DNA of 64,000 nucleotides from a virus: UHGV virus genome UHGV-0072281; one strand, 5' to 3'. Shown piece by piece: positions 58,380 to 64,000 of this stretch (position 1 is its first letter; each line of letters starts with the position of its first letter). The notes under the pieces were generated by a model. It saw only the letters and a program-made list of their open reading frames with translations, ran no database searches and was not told where the DNA came from. The position numbers and the translations under genes were made by a program.

Positions 58380-59564
58380 ATGTTTAATATTGAAATTACC
58401 CCGCTCGTTAAAACTAAAATCCGTCCGGTTCCCGAAGCACAATTACTCGTACAGCTTTATCATGTATTCCTAGATAAAGGTGTGGATTTCCGTGTAGAAC
58501 AGGTCAACGATGAAAGCATCGTATTCTACTGGACTCACAGCAATGATTACCTTTACACTATCGTGAAAGAAATCGGTGAGTTACTCAACCCAGTAGCCAC
58601 GAACGCCTGGGTAGAATCGACCGAGACTGAACAACCGAAAGTCGAAGAACAGCAACAGTCTATAAACAAGAGTCACGACCCGTACGTTTGCCGATATGAT
58701 GTCGAAACGATCGAGAAAATTAAAGAAGTGTTAGAGATCTTCTATCCTGATGACTTATACATCAGTCGGCAATACGACATGTTAGCTGTCAGTATGAAGG
58801 AATTCGATCCTAAGATCATGAAAGATATTCGTAGCATCATTGCTTCGATTGTTTACGACACCGTTCGACTTATTTCGTTTCAAGGTATCGGAAAAGGTGA
58901 AGCGGACGAATTCATGCGTATGGCTGTTCACGAACACAAGGAGAAAATTCGCCAGTCTAATTACGCTAACGATACTTTAACTGTGCTTGTTGATAATGAC
59001 CCTGTTGTTATTAACCAGCTGAACATCCGTATGCGTCAGTTAACAAAGAAAATTTTTCTTAAAGAGGAGCAATCGCTTGAAGAGTCCAAAGTGTCGAAAG
59101 TCTTTACTTACACTGGCCCAGATGCCAAAGCGATTGACGATACTTTGACAGCTTTCTATTCTAGCAAAGTGGAGACTAAACTCGAGGGCGAAGAACTCAC
59201 TATTAAATGGAAATGGTGGGACATTGCTCTTGAAGAAGAAATTCATAGTCTCATTAAAGAGATTGTTGACGACCGTCTACGTCTTCTAACAATCACTACT
59301 ATTGGGAAAGAAGATGCCGATACGTTTATGCGTGGTATCACTCGTTGGTTCCCTGAGAAAGTCCGTCAGTGGACTTACACAAACGATACACTTACCATTC
59401 TGCTCAATTATGAACCCGGTATTATTGGAAAGTTAAAAACTCATCTGCGTGACTTGTGGTCAGTTCGTTTTCTTAATAATAACGAGCACTTACTCGACGC
59501 GTACTTTAGAGAAATATCTTCTGGCGTAGGTTGCAACTGCCCTAACTGTCAAAAACGTCGTTAA
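58380..59564 (+). CDS. hypothetical protein with internal duplicated domain and C-terminal CxC...CxxC (394 aa)
   Basis: Two internal segments align (G-x-x-E/DAD-x-FMR...R-x-x-x-Y-x-NDTLT-x-L); ends GVGCNCPNCQKRR. Confidence 0.6.
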   Translation: MFNIEITPLVKTKIRPVPEAQLLVQLYHVFLDKGVDFRVEQVNDESIVFYWTHSNDYLYTIVKEIGELLNPVATNAWVESTETEQPKVEEQQQSINKSHDPYVCRYDVETIEKIKEVLEIFYPDDLYISRQYDMLAVSMKEFDPKIMKDIRSIIASIVYDTVRLISFQGIGKGEADEFMRMAVHEHKEKIRQSNYANDTLTVLVDNDPVVINQLNIRMRQLTKKIFLKEEQSLEESKVSKVFTYTGPDAKAIDDTLTAFYSSKVETKLEGEELTIKWKWWDIALEEEIHSLIKEIVDDRLRLLTITTIGKEDADTFMRGITRWFPEKVRQWTYTNDTLTILLNYEPGIIGKLKTHLRDLWSVRFLNNNEHLLDAYFREISSGVGCNCPNCQKRR

Positions 59565-59588
59565 TTAACGACTTTCTAAATTCATCTA

Positions 59589-59618
59589 GAGGGGTGGTTT
59601 ACCACCCCTCTATTATTG
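59589..59618 (+). terminator. probable terminator
   Basis: gaggggtgg-ttta-ccacccctc hairpin; downstream T-richness moderate. Confidence 0.5.
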
Positions 59619-59641
59619 TATTTACCTAAAGGAGTATTAAA

Positions 59642-60073
59642 ATGTTTTTCGTATTAAAAGATGATATCCGTAACTACATTCGTAACAACCCTATTGCTCT
59701 GGGCGTTTTAGCAGGTTTCTGTCGTCCAAATACTGATTTCGATTTAGTTAAGTTAGAAGAATATCAGGAAATTGTGAATACTAACTACATGCACATCTGT
59801 AGCTGGGGTAAACGTCCTCGCGAAGAGTACCCTGTAGGTGAGTTAGGTGACACTATGCATCGTGACCAGAATCTGATGCACGAATTCGTTGAATACACAC
59901 TGGAAAATCTTAACTATCCGCTTCTGGTCGACACTGTACCAGAAATGGTTGACGAATGGTTAAGTCGTGTTTACAATGACCCTACTGCCAGCACTCTACT
60001 GAGTCAGATGTCGCAAACTTCTCGTGATATCGACACCCGGACCCTGATGTACCTAGCACACAACGTTCGCTAA
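59642..60073 (+). CDS. hypothetical protein, paralogue of the 57918 gene (143 aa)
   Basis: AAGGAG RBS; see 57918. Confidence 0.5.
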   Translation: MFFVLKDDIRNYIRNNPIALGVLAGFCRPNTDFDLVKLEEYQEIVNTNYMHICSWGKRPREEYPVGELGDTMHRDQNLMHEFVEYTLENLNYPLLVDTVPEMVDEWLSRVYNDPTASTLLSQMSQTSRDIDTRTLMYLAHNVR

Positions 60074-60080
60074 CCTTACT

Positions 60081-60120
60081 CCGCTATAGGCTTCGGTCTA
60101 TAGCGGAATTAATTTTCTTT
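60081..60120 (+). terminator. probable terminator
   Basis: ccgctatag/ctatagcgg stem followed by AT-rich, T-biased tract. Confidence 0.5.
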
Positions 60121-60239
60121 CCCTTTTCTTTTTTGTTATTTTGACACCACTTTACTTACACCCTACCCGACTATTCCTATGCTGGCTGAGGGATGTAAAA
60201 CGACCTCTTAAACCTTTTTACTTACTGTGAGTTAACGCG

Positions 60240-61088
60240 ATGTCTCTTACGTCAAAACAGAAACTGCTAAAACTCATCAACACTGAAAACAATATTAGTC
60301 CACCGTTGACTTTCAGTGATGTTGATATCGGAGAACCTACTGGTACTGGGGTTGATACCCAGGTGGTTCTGACCTCTAAACTCAAAGGCGATGAGTCTAC
60401 TACTTTAACAGTGACTTACCACCGTCGTAATTTACCTGACTACTTAACCGGTGAGTTGGTTTTCGGTAACGACAGTGTGGTAACCGCATCAGATTTGCTT
60501 AATGCGATCAACGCAAAATACAACCTAAATATTTTACCCTCGGATATCGTTGACGCAAAAGTTGAAGGTGAAACCCATCAGCTTACCGCTAACGAGAAAT
60601 CTTACGAGTGGTGCGGTGTAGTAACACTTACGCTGCGTGATCCTATTGACCTGACTGAACTGTTACCAGTTACTCAATTAGAGAATCTGGTAGAGTATCC
60701 GTCCACTAAGAAAGGTAACGCTGCGGTTTATTCTCACCCGATCGATTTCACCGCAGAAAAAGATTACCTTGACCCGATTACTATCAACGACACCGTAGAC
60801 TTGGTCGAGTTAGCCGCTAAACTGGATGGCGTCGTTGACGAGAAATGGGTAAGTGTGCCTAAGAACGCGACTAACAACCTGTACGGTGCGAAGGTTATTT
60901 ACGATGGCCCAACCGCAGGTTACGAAGGCGCAAATACGAAGTTCACTCGTGTGTTGGTGCTGACGCTCAGCCCGCTGTGTTCTAACCTGACAGGTAATCT
61001 GTTAATCCACTTTAACGGTACCGATCGTCCGAAGTCGAAGATTGAATTAGCACAGACTAATCCGGTCTTACCGGGATTCTTAGATTAA
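60240..61088 (+). CDS. hypothetical protein, distant member of the fibre-associated family (282 aa)
   Basis: Shares a DLL-x-x-IN-x-x-Y-x-L-x-x-x-x-x-D motif with 61102, 42589 and 48883. Confidence 0.5.
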   Translation: MSLTSKQKLLKLINTENNISPPLTFSDVDIGEPTGTGVDTQVVLTSKLKGDESTTLTVTYHRRNLPDYLTGELVFGNDSVVTASDLLNAINAKYNLNILPSDIVDAKVEGETHQLTANEKSYEWCGVVTLTLRDPIDLTELLPVTQLENLVEYPSTKKGNAAVYSHPIDFTAEKDYLDPITINDTVDLVELAAKLDGVVDEKWVSVPKNATNNLYGAKVIYDGPTAGYEGANTKFTRVLVLTLSPLCSNLTGNLLIHFNGTDRPKSKIELAQTNPVLPGFLD

Positions 61089-61101
61089 GAGGATTACAGT
61101 A

Positions 61102-61581
61102 ATGACCAATCAAGAAACTATCTTCGACCTTATTAAAAAGGCTAACCCAGACGCTGAGTTCGACACCACCAAAGTCACACTGGGTGACCCGGTCGTAACC
61201 ACCGGTACGTACAATACCGAAATCACAGTTGCGTCAATTAAGAATCTCGGTTATACTAACGAACAAACGTTCCAGTATAACCGGATCGACGCAGGTTTGT
61301 ATTTCCTGAACGTATTACCGAAACTGTTGGTGGAATCGGCAACAACGACCGCTGACTTACTGCCTGTCATTAACGAGCAGTACAGCCTAACCCTTACAGA
61401 AGACGATGTATGGGTAGAGCAGGTTGGTGAGTTACCGTTAGACGGAAGCGCAATCGAACACGGTATTTTCTTCCGTCCTGAGTGTCTGACCTGGGTTGGC
61501 GGTTTTACAGTGCGAGTTGCGCGTAAACCGGCTGGCGCTACGCCACCCGAGACGGGGGCTCGCGCTAAGAAGAAAAAATAA
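61102..61581 (+). CDS. hypothetical protein, distant member of the same family (159 aa)
   Basis: AAGAGGA RBS; motif as above; C-terminal Lys-rich tail. Confidence 0.5.
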   Translation: MTNQETIFDLIKKANPDAEFDTTKVTLGDPVVTTGTYNTEITVASIKNLGYTNEQTFQYNRIDAGLYFLNVLPKLLVESATTTADLLPVINEQYSLTLTEDDVWVEQVGELPLDGSAIEHGIFFRPECLTWVGGFTVRVARKPAGATPPETGARAKKKK

Positions 61582-61586
61582 TTACA

Positions 61587-61619
61587 GGGTGGGGTAATCC
61601 CCACCCTCTTTTCTTTTTT
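61587..61619 (+). terminator. rho-independent terminator
   Basis: agggtgggg-taat-ccccaccct hairpin followed by a T-rich run. Confidence 0.75.
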
Positions 61620-61643
61620 GTGTAAAATAGGAGTTAAACGAAA

Positions 61644-62234
61644 ATGGCTGAACGTTGGACTAAAGAAGGTATTATTGAATCCAAAACCGATTTGGAAGGT
61701 GGGTACGTAAACGACCCTGACGACAAAGGTGGAGAAACCTGTCACGGGGTAACCTTAAAAACTGCACGCGAGTACGGATACACAGGGAAAATGAAAGACC
61801 TAACGCGCGCACAAGCGTTTGATATTTACGATCGGGGTTGGTGGAAGAAACTCAAACTCGATGAAATTTTCGCTATCTCACCGTTACTCGCAGACCGGAT
61901 GTTTGATTTTGGTATTAACGCAGGGCGTGCTAACTGTGTGAAATCGTTACAACGTATTCTCAACGTTTTAAACAACGAAGGGAAACTTTACGCAGATATT
62001 GACACCGACGGCGGTATGGGTCCTAAGACACTGGGTGCGTTGAACGCGTACCTGAAATATCGTAAAGATGAAGGATTGAGCATTTTAATCTTTGCGTTAA
62101 TCTCTCACCAAGTAACTTACTACACGGAAATCTCCGAAAAACGTAAGAGAAACGAGAAATACACCTACGGCTGGTACGCACGTGTGTTTAGAGAAATGGC
62201 AGATTATACGGTAAAAGCGGGATTAGTAAAATGA
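61644..62234 (+). CDS. endolysin, glycoside hydrolase family 108-type
   Basis: N-terminal EGGYVNDPDDKGGETCHGVT matches the GH108 signature; AGGAG RBS. Confidence 0.75.
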   Translation: MAERWTKEGIIESKTDLEGGYVNDPDDKGGETCHGVTLKTAREYGYTGKMKDLTRAQAFDIYDRGWWKKLKLDEIFAISPLLADRMFDFGINAGRANCVKSLQRILNVLNNEGKLYADIDTDGGMGPKTLGALNAYLKYRKDEGLSILIFALISHQVTYYTEISEKRKRNEKYTYGWYARVFREMADYTVKAGLVK

Positions 62235-62335
62235 ACTGGTTTGCTAAACTCTTAGCGTTATTGTGGAAAGCGTTAACGTCTGGTCGAAAACGTAAAGACG
62301 AAAAACGTGGGCAAGAGTTCTTCTGGTTTTTGTAA
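62231..62335 (+). CDS. 34-aa amphipathic micro-ORF overlapping the endolysin stop; lysis-associated peptide candidate
   Basis: ATGA overlap; sequence MNWFAKLLALLWKALTSGRKRKDEKRGQEFFWFL. Below track cutoff. Confidence 0.3.
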   Translation: MNWFAKLLALLWKALTSGRKRKDEKRGQEFFWFL

Positions 62336-62350
62336 GGAAAGGTGTGGGTA

Positions 62351-63016
62351 ATGGAGAAGCTTCAATATAAACGTTTAGACAATAAGTGGTTTGTATTAAC
62401 GGAGGATTACCATTATCCGTTTACGTTACGTGAGATTTATCACGACCACGTACACTTAGACCGTGCGGTTTATTTAACGGGTGTATTGCCTGACACGCAA
62501 CTGTGGTTAACAGCACCTAAAGGGTTCGTTACTGATTTAGCGTCAATTCCTGAACACCTCCAGGGAATTTTCCATCCTGACGGACCGTGGGCACCTGCGG
62601 CCTGCATTCACGACTTACTGTATCAAAAATGTAACACGGAGCGTAGCTATCCCATGACACCGGGTGGTAACGTTTCGCGTATTATCGATAAAGAGTTCTC
62701 TGACTTAACATTCCTGCGTATTATGCAGTCGTTGGAAATCTCACCGTATATCTGCCAAACGTTTTATAAAGCCGTGGCGGGGTTCGGTTGGGATGCTTAC
62801 GTAGACCCTAACGCGAAACCGTCTTATACCACTAACGATTACCGTACGTTAGATTACAATCGAAACTATTTGTTCGTTCGTGAGTTTAAGGAGCCTGCTA
62901 TTCCTGACCACGAACGTGTTGATATCACCACAGGTTGTCCCGTTAATGTCAAATACCTGAACATCAAACGGGCTTTTCTGTCTGGGAGGGAAGATGTTTC
63001 ATCCAAATCCGAGTAA
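62351..63016 (+). CDS. hypothetical protein, possibly DUF1353-like (~221 aa)
   Basis: ATG 62351; FVTDLASIPEHL...IHDLLY resembles a DUF1353-type motif, from memory. Confidence 0.4.
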   Translation: MEKLQYKRLDNKWFVLTEDYHYPFTLREIYHDHVHLDRAVYLTGVLPDTQLWLTAPKGFVTDLASIPEHLQGIFHPDGPWAPAACIHDLLYQKCNTERSYPMTPGGNVSRIIDKEFSDLTFLRIMQSLEISPYICQTFYKAVAGFGWDAYVDPNAKPSYTTNDYRTLDYNRNYLFVREFKEPAIPDHERVDITTGCPVNVKYLNIKRAFLSGREDVSSKSE

Positions 63017-63509
63017 CTTTAAACTCAAAGAGTTAGTACCACAATCGTACATCGCCAAATACGGTGATTCTGCAATTCGGTTTATGAACCCGTTGTTAAT
63101 GATCTCCCTACAACAGATTCGTAACCGTTTCGGCAGAATGGTGATTAACTCGTCTGCTGCGCAACAGCGTGGCCTAAGAACCTTAGACTTTTTCATCAAC
63201 CAAGAAAAGCCTAAGGGTGGTAACTATAAACAACGTGCGTTACAACTCTACTCTGATTCAGGGAGTCAACACAAGTTCGGTAATGCATTTGACGCGACAC
63301 TGTTAGACTCAACGGTAAAACAAGTCCACGACTATATCGCCGCTAATCCTGACGAATTTCCGTTCATTCATTTTATCGAATGCGACATCAGTTGGTTGCA
63401 TATCGACGTTCGTAACCAACCGAATATCACGTTCTGGTCACCGAATCGCGGTACTGTGAAAGTCGTGAAACAAAGCCCTATCGATTGGAGCGCCTTAGTT
63501 AAAATCTAA
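62994..63509 (+). CDS. peptidase M15-type (L-alanyl-D-glutamate peptidase-like) cell-wall hydrolase
   Basis: HKFGNAFDA (H-x-x-G-x-A-x-D) and WLHIDVR (W-x-H-x-D) zinc-binding motifs. Confidence 0.55.
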   Translation: MFHPNPSNFKLKELVPQSYIAKYGDSAIRFMNPLLMISLQQIRNRFGRMVINSSAAQQRGLRTLDFFINQEKPKGGNYKQRALQLYSDSGSQHKFGNAFDATLLDSTVKQVHDYIAANPDEFPFIHFIECDISWLHIDVRNQPNITFWSPNRGTVKVVKQSPIDWSALVKI

Positions 63510-63592
63510 GCGCATAATCCTTAACTTAGGGTGATTGTACCTTATTTTGTATAAACCGTCTTAGAACGCGTTCTACGGACAAAATAAGCCTA

Positions 63593-63624
63593 CCCTCCTG
63601 CTAAGCAGGAGGGTATTTATTATT
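63593..63624 (+). terminator. bidirectional terminator between convergent genes
   Basis: ccctcctgc-taa-gcaggaggg hairpin flanked by an A-rich run upstream and a T-rich run downstream. Confidence 0.7.
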
Positions 63625-63988
63625 CTACCGGGTGCAGCATAGTGCCGGTATCCGGAATGCTGCCTTCGTGACATCTGAAGAACGTTACACCTTTACCTTC
63701 ACCCGTTTTGTAGCTGATGCTAGAATAGGCAAACGTTGGGGTTTTTGACAGTAACCCGTTTACACGGTAATAGCGCTCACCGGTAACGACGTTTAAGTTA
63801 CTGTCCACCTTACCTAACAAATCTTTATAAAGTTGCGGAGATTCGATTTTACCTTCGTTCCATGTAGCGACCCAATTCGCCCCTGTATCCATGACTAACA
63901 CCGAAAGGGGCATCAGTTTTAGACTAGACGGTACCGGTTTAAAATCCACGAATTCTTGAGAAGCACCTGTACAGGTGTAAATGACCAT
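63620..63988 (-). CDS. hypothetical protein, minus strand; probably continues beyond the window end
   Basis: ORF open toward the window edge; convergent with the lysis genes. Confidence 0.45.
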   Translation of the reverse strand: MVIYTCTGASQEFVDFKPVPSSLKLMPLSVLVMDTGANWVATWNEGKIESPQLYKDLLGKVDSNLNVVTGERYYRVNGLLSKTPTFAYSSISYKTGEGKGVTFFRCHEGSIPDTGTMLHPVE

Positions 63989-64000
63989 ATCGTGTTGGTC

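Noticed and set aside
60141-60175. TTGACA hexamer resembling a sigma-70 -35 box
   Set aside because: No acceptable -10 hexamer at 16-18 bp spacing.
1-64000. Integrase, transposase or other mobile-element signatures
   Set aside because: No recombinase motifs, terminal inverted repeats or attachment-site-like direct repeats were recognised; the organisation is that of a virulent phage.

Overview
This 64 kb window is a densely packed, almost entirely plus-strand segment of a virulent tailed phage genome (Caudoviricetes). Read from the sequence alone, it contains: a run of tightly coupled probable virion genes (1-5.2 kb); a 761-aa gene with strongly host-optimised codon usage that I read as a major structural protein, possibly the major capsid protein (9.5-11.8 kb); two large minus-strand genes, one encoding a 905-aa protein with an extreme acidic C-terminal tail; a RuvC-like resolvase; a long accessory block of small genes (24.8-42.5 kb) with three GNAT acetyltransferases, a Dam-type adenine methyltransferase, a thymidylate kinase and an XRE-type HTH regulator; a tail-fibre locus (42.6-52.1 kb); and a lysis cassette with a GH108 endolysin and an M15-type peptidase (61.6-63.5 kb). 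The most interesting feature is in the fibre locus: a gp37-like distal fibre with a C-terminal self-cleaving chaperone domain is followed by two tandem, divergent gp38-like adhesin genes, the second bracketed by two 10-nt poly-G tracts, alongside a second fibre that shares the same N-terminal anchor. Other things worth a second look are a ~25-bp phage promoter motif with a downstream hairpin (four exact copies), a tandem triplet of paralogous ~55-aa basic protein genes each with its own terminator, a small ORF interrupted by one in-frame TAG, and a highly expressed lipoprotein-like peptide. No tRNA, CRISPR array, integrase or transposase was seen. All functional calls are from motifs recognised by eye; no database search was run.
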